Assembly (NCBI GenBank): GCA_963796365.1
Contig: CAWCLJ010000004.1
Coordinates: 1,930,519-1,994,518 of the forward strand
Direction: 5' to 3'
From: an uncultured Chloroflexia bacterium
GTDB lineage: Bacteria > Chloroflexota > Dehalococcoidia > Dehalococcoidales > RBG-16-60-22
Length of the DNA: 64,000 nt
The notes beneath the pieces were generated by a model. It had not been told where the DNA came from. It did not search any database and was given only the letters and a program-made list of their open reading frames with translations. This document shows positions 9,005 to 16,667 of the stretch, piece after piece. Made by a program: the position numbers and the translations under genes. The first letter of the stretch is position 1; the number at the start of each line of letters is the position of its first letter.

Positions 9005-10054
9005 CTAGGAGTCAACTTGGAGCTTTATTTCCTCACCGCTGACTTTCAATTTCCGAAGTTGTTGTATGGTTCGACATCTAATATTTCGAGCCCGTGTATC
9101 TAATAGTTCGGCTTTTTTAAATAATTTATAAATAATACCCTGGGCAGTACGATAAGCGATATGAGTATTTTGCTTATTACCAGGGAAAAGATACTGTTCT
9201 TGACTATTGCGATATCGAATATAATCTTTTATGGCTGTAAGCGTATTACTTCCGGTTGGTACCCGGTCAAAATCTCCCTCTACATGAGTGATCCGAATGT
9301 AGCCATTGTCTAAGACGTCTGCAACTTTAATATTTACGGCTTCATGTGGACTCAAACCGCAATCGCAATATAAATAGAGGAGACACAATTTTGAAAGAGC
9401 ACGAAAACGACCGTATCCAGATAATTTAACATCATTTACGGATTTTGTAGCAATTGATAGGAGTTTTTGCCAATCCCCCTCAGATAGGATTGGAGGATAG
9501 CCTCTATCAGTCCTAATCCTGTGTATGTTTATTTCCTTGCCTAAAAAACTAAAATAGCTTTTTAATGCTGCGATATATGTGTTCAGGCTGGAAGGGTTGT
9601 TGGTATTTTTCTGATTTAAGATAAATTTATTCGATAACTCTGAAGTTGGTTCCTGCTCACCCAAGAATCCTTTGAAATGTTTTATTGCATGCAGGTAGGT
9701 TCTGCGCGTTGCTTCCGTTTTCGGGCCTTTTCCAATAATACTGTTTTTCAGGAAGAAATCGAATTGTTTTAGGTCTTGAGATAAATTATCATGTATGCTT
9801 TGGGTCGTATTATCTGCTTCATTTCCGCTCGTGGCAATTGAAATTGGCATTTCAAACCCCGCTGATGGCTTCCATCCTGGTTTTTTATAGACAGATACTA
9901 TGAGAGGTGTTGCACCCAGCATTAAATCTTGGTAGGGTTTAGGTTCACTCCAATTTTCATATCCTGATTTGTTAGGTGTGCCATTGGAAACTCCAACAGT
10001 TCGTCTGTATTCTAACTTGATTTCCTCACCATCTATCACGAGTTTGATTTCCAC
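9005..10054 (-). CDS. tyrosine-recombinase (phage integrase) fold protein, catalytic residues apparently degenerate
   Basis: 349 aa. It has a SAM-like N-domain signature (RRTYLHAIKHFKGFLG...LNTYIAALKSYFSFLGKE) and a C-terminal integrase-like layout (RALSKLCLLYLYCDCGLSPHEAVNIKVADV...YLFPG...). I read GLS instead of GLR, and RNIRCR instead of HxLRH. I see no terminal Tyr motif. There is a roughly 110-aa N-terminal extension. Confidence 0.6.
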   Translation of the reverse strand: MEIKLVIDGEEIKLEYRRTVGVSNGTPNKSGYENWSEPKPYQDLMLGATPLIVSVYKKPGWKPSAGFEMPISIATSGNEADNTTQSIHDNLSQDLKQFDFFLKNSIIGKGPKTEATRRTYLHAIKHFKGFLGEQEPTSELSNKFILNQKNTNNPSSLNTYIAALKSYFSFLGKEINIHRIRTDRGYPPILSEGDWQKLLSIATKSVNDVKLSGYGRFRALSKLCLLYLYCDCGLSPHEAVNIKVADVLDNGYIRITHVEGDFDRVPTGSNTLTAIKDYIRYRNSQEQYLFPGNKQNTHIAYRTAQGIIYKLFKKAELLDTRARNIRCRTIQQLRKLKVSGEEIKLQVDS

Positions 10055-10057
10055 AGA

Positions 10058-10729
10058 TTATTCCTTCGATCTATGATGTTGAATCCCGAAGGCTTTCAAA
10101 ACACTAATTTTCAGCTTTTCTAAGCTGACTTCCTGTGAGTGTTCAATTTGCTCGGCACCTCGGCTATCCCTGATAATACACATATCTACGCCGCCACCCA
10201 CAGTGGTCTGTACTTCGGAAACAAGGGTGAACAATGGAGCTATTACTTTGATTGATTCGTCAACCGAAAGGCTACCATCGACAAGCAATAATTCTACAAG
10301 AGGGCGTCCATAAGAACTTCCTGAACCAAGGCACGCCCATGGAACTTCAGACAACCCGGCCCCAAAGATCGTGTAAAGCTTTGCATCATCTTTTTCTATG
10401 TTTTCAAGCCCGGTTAATACGTAGCCAAACGGTTCTTCTACTCTGTCTTTATAATAACTAACCAATTCATTCACTACTCCAGCGGTAACTTCTACAACAT
10501 CAAACAGAGTAATAGGGGTCTCTTGGATATGGATTTCATTTATTTTTCTATCTATCAAGATGCGCGCTTCGTTGAGGACGGCATCATCCCCGGCACCGGC
10601 TAATACTATTCCACAATTTAATTTGAATAACTTGTTCGTTTCCGGACCTTTTTCACATCGAGCCAAGCGTCTACGATCAGCAGCCAAAATAACCCCATCA
10701 TTGCATCGCGTTCCGATAATGAGTGTCAT
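10058..10729 (-). CDS. proteasome beta-subunit / HslV-like Ntn-hydrolase protease
   Basis: The ORF track opens at 10765, but a GGGAGG SD lies 6 nt before the internal ATG at 10729. That start gives M-TLIIGTRCNDGVILAADRRR (Thr1, Asp17), then NKLFKL (Lys32/33), GIVLAGAGDDA and LGSGSSYG. These are the hallmark motifs of active proteasome beta/HslV subunits. The stop is 3 nt from the next gene's start. Confidence 0.7.
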   Translation of the reverse strand: MTLIIGTRCNDGVILAADRRRLARCEKGPETNKLFKLNCGIVLAGAGDDAVLNEARILIDRKINEIHIQETPITLFDVVEVTAGVVNELVSYYKDRVEEPFGYVLTGLENIEKDDAKLYTIFGAGLSEVPWACLGSGSSYGRPLVELLLVDGSLSVDESIKVIAPLFTLVSEVQTTVGGGVDMCIIRDSRGAEQIEHSQEVSLEKLKISVLKAFGIQHHRSKE

Positions 10730-10853
10730 TATTTGCCTCCCAAAAGGTTTACTAGGCCTTTCCATTAATCTTTGCAGAGGAAAATTGAAGTGTCATATTT
10801 TTACAAGGAGGAATAATTATATCAAATCATAACCTTCTCTTCCGGATGGCCTT

Positions 10854-11309
10854 TTAACTTGCCGCGTCAAAAGCGGTCATTTTTACGGCTTCCCCTAGCT
10901 TGAGTGTGATTTCTCCGTTCATAATCGTTATCGAGAATGGAATATCCTCTGATTTTACTTTTCTGATGAGTTCCTCAAGTATCTTTAGTTGTTTATGAGC
11001 TAGCCTCTCAATTGTAAGCGTGGTCAACCCTTTTACGCTGTCATCCCTTATCTCCCAATAACCCCTACCATGTCTCCGCACTTTGCCTTTCTTTTGCAAT
11101 CTATCAAGGTCAAATCTAATACAGCCGGGCCACCACTGATAGCCTGATGGCGTCACCCGTGCGATCTCAGCCGATGTGAGCTGGAGAGCAAATCTCGCCA
11201 GAACCCTCTTTATAAGCAACCCGGTCTTTAATGGCTTCCCTTCCTTCGTTAACTCATCAAGCAACGCATCCTCTCTATCACCGATTGGAATTAGACTTGA
11301 AATGGACAT
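10854..11309 (-). CDS. Mrr_N-like winged-helix DNA-binding protein
   Basis: SGYQWWPGCIRFDLDRLQKKGKVRRHGRGYWEI matches the Mrr N-terminal wHTH pattern (W..xxR.a...L.k.G.....rG.W.i). I place the start at ATG 11309 (MSISSLIP), 5 nt after AGGAGG. The ORF track opens at 11399. Confidence 0.6.
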   Translation of the reverse strand: MSISSLIPIGDREDALLDELTKEGKPLKTGLLIKRVLARFALQLTSAEIARVTPSGYQWWPGCIRFDLDRLQKKGKVRRHGRGYWEIRDDSVKGLTTLTIERLAHKQLKILEELIRKVKSEDIPFSITIMNGEITLKLGEAVKMTAFDAAS

Positions 11310-11500
11310 CATTTCCTCCTGTTTCATATTATGTCCTAATACAATAACATGTTCGAGTGCAAAATACAACTGTAAGTCACATGGTTGCCCAACATACAAT
11401 CAAATTGCTAATCTTCAAACGATTGCACCTTATCGTCTCATGGACATGAATTTAGGACATATCTGATTTTTATATTTGTTAGGAAACGGAGTCCGTAAAA

Positions 11501-11818
11501 ATGAGCCTTGGCCAAAGGATAAGACTAAAAAGGGAAGGTCTTAAAATCACGCAAGAGCAATTAGCAAAAGCTTCGGGATTGACGTCTCAATATATTTCTA
11601 TAATAGAGCAGGACAAAAGATCTCCTGCTCTACCTGCGCTTACCAAAATAGCGAGCGAACTCGGCGTTAGCATTGATTATCTTGTTACTGGTAAAGAAGG
11701 AACCACTTCGGATTTAATACCAACCATTAAAGCCGACAAGACACTGGATTTAGAAGTGAGGAGGTCACTTATTACACTTGTTCGTGCTTTGAGGGAAAAA
11801 AATATGGAAAAGCGATAG
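11501..11818 (+). CDS. XRE-family HTH transcriptional regulator
   Basis: 105 aa. LGQRIRLKREGLKITQEQLAKASGLTSQYISIIEQDKRSP is a classic Cro/C1-type HTH. It is divergent from the wHTH-protease operon. Confidence 0.85.
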   Translation: MSLGQRIRLKREGLKITQEQLAKASGLTSQYISIIEQDKRSPALPALTKIASELGVSIDYLVTGKEGTTSDLIPTIKADKTLDLEVRRSLITLVRALREKNMEKR

Positions 11819-12265
11819 AACATTCCACAATTTTGCCTTTCTCTCCGTAATGATTTCACTGGCCCAAACCTTGGGATCTCCTGCCGGATGCCCAAGATAA
11901 ATCATGAATTTGATTGGCTCATTCAATTAGGCGAGACCATTTCCTATACCATTTACACATTTTAAGCTTCTGCGCTTGAGGTAACGGACAATACCTGCAA
12001 CGAGATGGTCTTTTCTTAACAGTGAGAGGACATCCTTTCGCAACGCCCATGTCTTGCATCTCCTATTCAAATCAAGAGTTGGTTCGCATACGAGTCTTGC
12101 AAAGTTATAGAGCTTGTTTTTTTATTATACCTGATAAAGCTTTCTGAGTATTACCAACCAAATTTGTCAATCTGCATCTATCTTACATACATCAGAGAAG
12201 TGGAGTCATAGATATATGTGATAAATTGCACGAAATAATAATTAGGATATCTGTTTCGTGGTAAC

Positions 12266-14485
12266 CTAATCATCTGGTTTAATTCGAGTCCCTTCAGCCG
12301 ATAATCTCGCTCGTAGTGCGGTGTACCGGTGCTGCACCCGGCTATTCCTGATAGCCATGGCGATGGCCCGTTTGCTTCCAACCAACACCACCAGTTTCTT
12401 CGCCCGGGTTATCGCGGTGTAGAGGAGATTACGCTGCAGCATGATATAGTGCTGGGGCAGAATCGGTATCACCACCGCCGGATACTCGCTGCCCTGGGAT
12501 TTGTGGATGGAAATGGCATAGGCCAATACCAGCTCGTCAAGTTGGCTCCAGTTATATTCGATCACCCTATCTTCATATTTGACGGCGATTGTTTGCTCCT
12601 CAGTTTCAATCCTAATGACCCGGCCGATGTCGCCGTTGAAGACTTCCTTCTCATAGTTGTTGGTTATCTGCATTACTTTGTCGTTGATGCGGAAGCACCT
12701 TCCTCCCCGGATTACTTCCTTACTCGTGAGGTTGAGCAGCATCTGCAGTTCGGCATTCAGGTTAGCGACGCCAACTATACCTTTATGCATGGGCGTCATC
12801 ACCTGGATGTCATCAAAGGGATTGAACCGAAAGGCACGAGGCAGCCTGCGCGCACAGAGGTCCTTTATTACCTCCAGCGCCTTTTCGGGGTCGTCTCTCT
12901 CAATGAAGAAGAAATCGGACTTCTTCCCCGCTGGCGGCTTCACTACAGGGAATTCCCCGCGGTTTACCCGGTGGGCGTTGACTACGATCATGCTTTCCTG
13001 CGCCTGCCTGAATACCTCGGTCAACTTCACTGTCTCGATTCTGCCTGAAGCAATGATGTCCTTAAGCACATTCCCCGGGCCTACCGATGGAAGCTGGTCT
13101 ATATCCCCAACCAGCAGCAACGTGGCCGTTGGAGGAATCGCTTTGAGGAGATGATTCATTAGCAGGATATCCACCATGGACGCCTCATCAATGATGACCA
13201 GGTCCGCTTCTAACTGGTTTTCATCGTTTCGCTTGAAACCTCCCTCGCTGGGGCTATATTCCAGCAGGCGGTGAATTGTTTTAGCTTCCCGGCCGGTAAC
13301 CTCGGCGAGCCGTCTCGCTGCCCTGCCGGTGGGCGAGGCCAGGAGGATGTGCTGTCCCTTTCTCTCCAGTATCCTGATAATACCGTTGAGCAGGGTTGTC
13401 TTGCCGGTACCAGGCCCGCCGGTGAGGACCAGCACTTTGCTGCTAATCGCTTTTCTAATGGCTTCCTTTTGCATTTCGGCCAGATCTATCCCGATAGCCG
13501 GCTGCACCCACTGAATAGCCTTTTCCACGTCTATCTGAATAAGTTGCTTCGGGGAGCCTACCAGGGTCTTTAATCTTCGGGCGACATTGACCTCGGCGAT
13601 GTGGAGCGATGTGAGGTAGACTGCCCTTTCTTCCGGCTGTTCTTCAACCACTATCCGATGTTGCTCCACGAGCGTAGCCAGGGCGGTCTCCAATATATCC
13701 TGGTTCAACTCCAGCAACGACGCCGCGGCGTCTATAAGCTTGTCGTAAGGGTAGTAAACATGACCTTCGTCAACCAGCTCACTGAGCACATGGATAATGC
13801 CGGCCTCGGCCCTTATCTGAGAGCCGGGATCGATGCCCATATTCCGGGCAATTCTATCAGCCGTCTTGAAACCGATGCCGCTGATGTCCAGCGCCAGCCG
13901 GTAGGGATTCGCCTTGACTATCGAGACGGACTTGTCCCCATAAGCCTTGTATATCTTCACCGCATAGGTGGAGCTGACACCATGGCCCTGGAGAAATACC
14001 ATGACCTCGTGCACCTCTTTTTGCTCCTGCCAGGCCTTGCCAATCCTTTCAGACCTTATGGAGCCGATTCCGTCCACTTCGAGCAATCTCTCCGACTTAC
14101 CCTCGATGATATCCAATGTCTCCAATCCAAACACGGCGACTATTCTCTTGGCCATAATGGGGCCGATACCCTTGACCAGTCCTGAGCCGAGGTATTTCTC
14201 GATACCGGTTATAGTAGCGGGCAGTACCGACAGACAGCTTTCCACCCGGAACTGTCTACCGAATTTGGTGTCAACAACCCACTCGCCTTTCAGTCTCAGC
14301 GTCTCGCCGGGGTTAGGGCAAGGCATGCTGCCCACGATGGTGACCAGATCCGGGTTTCTGGTCACCTGAAGCCTGGCCACGGTGTAATTGTTTTCTTCGT
14401 TGAAGTAGACTATTCTCTCGAGGATGCCCTCGATGGTGGAATATTCTCTTATCGTGGTGCTGCTGCTTTGAAGATTACGTCTCAT
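12266..14485 (-). CDS. recD2: RecD2-type SF1B DNA helicase
   Basis: 739 aa with Walker A LTGGPGTGKTT, Walker B IIDEASMVD and a C-terminal HKSQGSEYPAVVIP motif. The N-terminal OB/HhH-like region is typical of RecD2/YrrC. Confidence 0.88.
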   Translation of the reverse strand: MRRNLQSSSTTIREYSTIEGILERIVYFNEENNYTVARLQVTRNPDLVTIVGSMPCPNPGETLRLKGEWVVDTKFGRQFRVESCLSVLPATITGIEKYLGSGLVKGIGPIMAKRIVAVFGLETLDIIEGKSERLLEVDGIGSIRSERIGKAWQEQKEVHEVMVFLQGHGVSSTYAVKIYKAYGDKSVSIVKANPYRLALDISGIGFKTADRIARNMGIDPGSQIRAEAGIIHVLSELVDEGHVYYPYDKLIDAAASLLELNQDILETALATLVEQHRIVVEEQPEERAVYLTSLHIAEVNVARRLKTLVGSPKQLIQIDVEKAIQWVQPAIGIDLAEMQKEAIRKAISSKVLVLTGGPGTGKTTLLNGIIRILERKGQHILLASPTGRAARRLAEVTGREAKTIHRLLEYSPSEGGFKRNDENQLEADLVIIDEASMVDILLMNHLLKAIPPTATLLLVGDIDQLPSVGPGNVLKDIIASGRIETVKLTEVFRQAQESMIVVNAHRVNRGEFPVVKPPAGKKSDFFFIERDDPEKALEVIKDLCARRLPRAFRFNPFDDIQVMTPMHKGIVGVANLNAELQMLLNLTSKEVIRGGRCFRINDKVMQITNNYEKEVFNGDIGRVIRIETEEQTIAVKYEDRVIEYNWSQLDELVLAYAISIHKSQGSEYPAVVIPILPQHYIMLQRNLLYTAITRAKKLVVLVGSKRAIAMAIRNSRVQHRYTALRARLSAEGTRIKPDD

Positions 14486-14655
14486 CTCATAAACACTATA
14501 TCAGACAGGATGGTATTTTTAGAAATAAGGTTGGGGGGGACAGGGGCGGATTCCTAGCGATTAACAATTTCGGCTGCACGAAAAGATGGAAAGTGCAGAG
14601 GTGTAAAATACTCTAATAAACCCGGCACATCTTGATCAACGATTAATTACTTTTC

Positions 14656-15339
14656 CTAATGTGCCCTTTTCTTCTTAACGGTACCCTGCGAAGAGGTGTC
14701 TATGCGACCCTTCAAATTTGATACTTCGGCTTCCAAGGATGAAATACGCTCACTCAATTTATCGTATTGTTTTAATACATGTTGGAGCATTATCGCTTCC
14801 ATGGGGGGAGATGGTTCTTCTATTAACCTGTCGTTCCTCCCGAAGCGTCTTCTCTCCATTCCACCTGCGCCAACATGTCCTCTGAATGACGGCCAATGGT
14901 CTCGCATCGTGCGCCAAATATTAACGACCATCGGAACTAGGCTGACCATAGAAGCTACGGCTCCAATGGCATAGAGAATTTCAAGCCCAGTTTCATGTTC
15001 TACTATGATAATGGAGTTATCATCGGCATCCGTGAGTTTCCAAGCTTTACCCTGATAATCACCTTTGATTTCCATAACTATCAACGGGGCAAGCTCTCCT
15101 ACCAACTCCCTATAGTCTTGGGAACCGGTCGGATCCTTGAACTTCAGCGATTCGATATCGTGATGAGAAGCGGTGTTAAGCTCCACCGCAGCCGCTCGAA
15201 ATTTAGTTAGAAAGGTCCTTGTTCTCCAATCTTGTTGATTCACATTTACCACCTCAGCTTTTGGTATGGCTATTATACACCCGAAGGAGCTTCCAGGCAA
15301 AGGAGATGGCTGCAGTTGATGTAAAGCTGGCGAAGGCAC
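14656..15339 (-). CDS. hypothetical single-pass membrane protein with a C-terminal coiled coil
   Basis: It has one hydrophobic helix (ILYAIGAVASMVSLVPMVVNIW) and a heptad-like tail (KQYDKLSERISSLEAEVSNLKGRI). The likelier start is GTG 15243, preceded by GAGGTG. No family recognised. Confidence 0.45.
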   Translation of the reverse strand: MPSPALHQLQPSPLPGSSFGCIIAIPKAEVVNVNQQDWRTRTFLTKFRAAAVELNTASHHDIESLKFKDPTGSQDYRELVGELAPLIVMEIKGDYQGKAWKLTDADDNSIIIVEHETGLEILYAIGAVASMVSLVPMVVNIWRTMRDHWPSFRGHVGAGGMERRRFGRNDRLIEEPSPPMEAIMLQHVLKQYDKLSERISSLEAEVSNLKGRIDTSSQGTVKKKRAH

Positions 15340-15688
15340 AGTATAGCGGTTGCTAAATTTGACTCTAGGGGTTCAGGGGTCAAAGTTAAAGAAAAATATC
15401 AAGCAGCCAAACGTGTATACTTCTTATATCATATGTTGGGTTAACCGGGGTTCGAACTGTCCAATCTGGCTTAATGTGCAGCAAGACCTGGAAGTTTAAA
15501 TCTAACTTCCTAGAGCGGATTATACGGAAAAAAGAAGTTTCAGGCTGACTTTCAGCATTCATAAATCTGGTGGTTCGATTCTGCGTAGTTTCTTCGAAAT
15601 GGGTCAAAAGCGTTGACACTCAATACTGCCTCATCATATGATATATCCGCTTGTAGAATAAGTATAGAAAAATGTTCGGCAGGAAGAT

Positions 15689-16408
15689 ATGACCCACGAC
15701 GATATTGGAGACATTCTGAGAAAGTTTTATGAAGTGTATGGACGACCTGGCGAGGGGCCACCACCGAGCCTCAATGTAAGTCAACTCTTCCAGAGTCCAA
15801 CTTTCGACCAATCGGAACTTAACTTGTTACGGGAGGCATTGGGGGATAGTAATCTTCGGCGACAATTCGTCGCCTGTCAGAGAATCCTTGAAGACTTGGC
15901 AACGCGCCTGACCGGTGAAGAGTTGCTTCGGGATCTCTCAGGTATAAGTCTCTCCCGTCTAGAATTCGAAGAACTTTACAGCCGGGAGCTGTGGTTCTCC
16001 CTCGTTGCGACCCTGGATAGACGTGACGGAACCCTCCCGCTTACGCCATTTGATGAACGAGTCGATTTACCTTTGCCCGTGAAGGTCCAGATGACTGTTC
16101 AAGGATCTCTGGTGATGCGACTGTACATCGCGCTCGTTTGCGTGAGGGAAGGGGTCCTTAACAATCTCATTTCCCAGGGTGCTCGTGACGGAAGCCGTTG
16201 CTGCCAGCAGATTCGCAGCCTGCTGAGCTCCGATTATGTGCGTCGCATTCGGAATGCGCTTTCACATGGCACGTTCTCTTCCTGCATCGCTGGATTTATC
16301 TTTCGCGACGATAATGGTGCGGTCGCAGCAACTCCAGGCTTTCTCGACTGGCTGAGCACATGGCTTATGCTGATTAATCTGCAAGCGATGGCCTCTTCGC
16401 TGAACTAG
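15689..16408 (+). CDS. hypothetical protein with a HEPN-type R-x4-H motif (candidate RNase)
   Basis: 239 aa. RRIRNALSHG is encoded at 16241-16270. RNALSH fits the HEPN R[NHD]xxxH signature near the C-terminal helical region. An AGGAAG SD precedes the ATG. It is visibly GC-richer than the flanks. Confidence 0.5.
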   Translation: MTHDDIGDILRKFYEVYGRPGEGPPPSLNVSQLFQSPTFDQSELNLLREALGDSNLRRQFVACQRILEDLATRLTGEELLRDLSGISLSRLEFEELYSRELWFSLVATLDRRDGTLPLTPFDERVDLPLPVKVQMTVQGSLVMRLYIALVCVREGVLNNLISQGARDGSRCCQQIRSLLSSDYVRRIRNALSHGTFSSCIAGFIFRDDNGAVAATPGFLDWLSTWLMLINLQAMASSLN

Positions 16409-16621
16409 ATATTAAACGTCGGCTTTATATAAATAAAAACATAACACGACGAATTGTTTAGTTATAGAAAATCTGGTTCATTAGACGGGGAAGTTCGAGT
16501 AGGGTCGAACTCCATCTGATACATTGATTGTTCGTTTCTCTTTTTTACTTGAAACATTGACCCTGCTGGCCCGTTATTTGGTCTCTTGTTCGCAATTTGA
16601 TAGCTTAAATCGCGGTCAGAC

Positions 16622-16650
16622 TTGACACGTTCACCTTACTTAAATATGAT
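16622..16650 (+). promoter_or_regulatory. sigma70-type promoter upstream of the MmeI-like gene
   Basis: TTGACA (16622-16627), 17-nt spacer, TATGAT (16645-16650), 18-27 nt before the candidate TTG starts (16668 / 16677). Confidence 0.55.
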
Positions 16651-16667
16651 TTGAAATAAAGTAGGGA

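Noticed and set aside
9005-9007. The idea that the in-frame TAG (9005) and TAA (27796) reflect stop-codon reassignment or pyrrolysine/readthrough coding.
   Set aside because: TAA, TAG and TGA each terminate well-conserved genes at the expected lengths in this window (dcm TAA, dnaE2 and recD2 TAG, tnpA TGA). The decayed stretch after 9005 contains all three stop types. No pyl genes are present.
7752-11818. Interpreting the integrase-like gene plus XRE as a prophage.
   Set aside because: There are no capsid, terminase, portal, tail or lysis genes anywhere nearby. The recombinase looks catalytically degenerate, and no flanking direct repeats or tRNA target were found.
11819-12265. Search for an ImmA/IrrE-type metalloprotease downstream of the XRE gene.
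   Set aside because: No frame on either strand gives an HExxH motif or an ORF longer than about 50 codons.
15440-15590. GGTTCGAA / GGTTCGATTC T-loop-like strings (15448-15456, 15571-15581), plus an AGTTCGA-6nt-TCGAACT hairpin at 16491-16510.
   Set aside because: The flanking bases do not form T stems or a cloverleaf. They are isolated motif matches in intergenic DNA.
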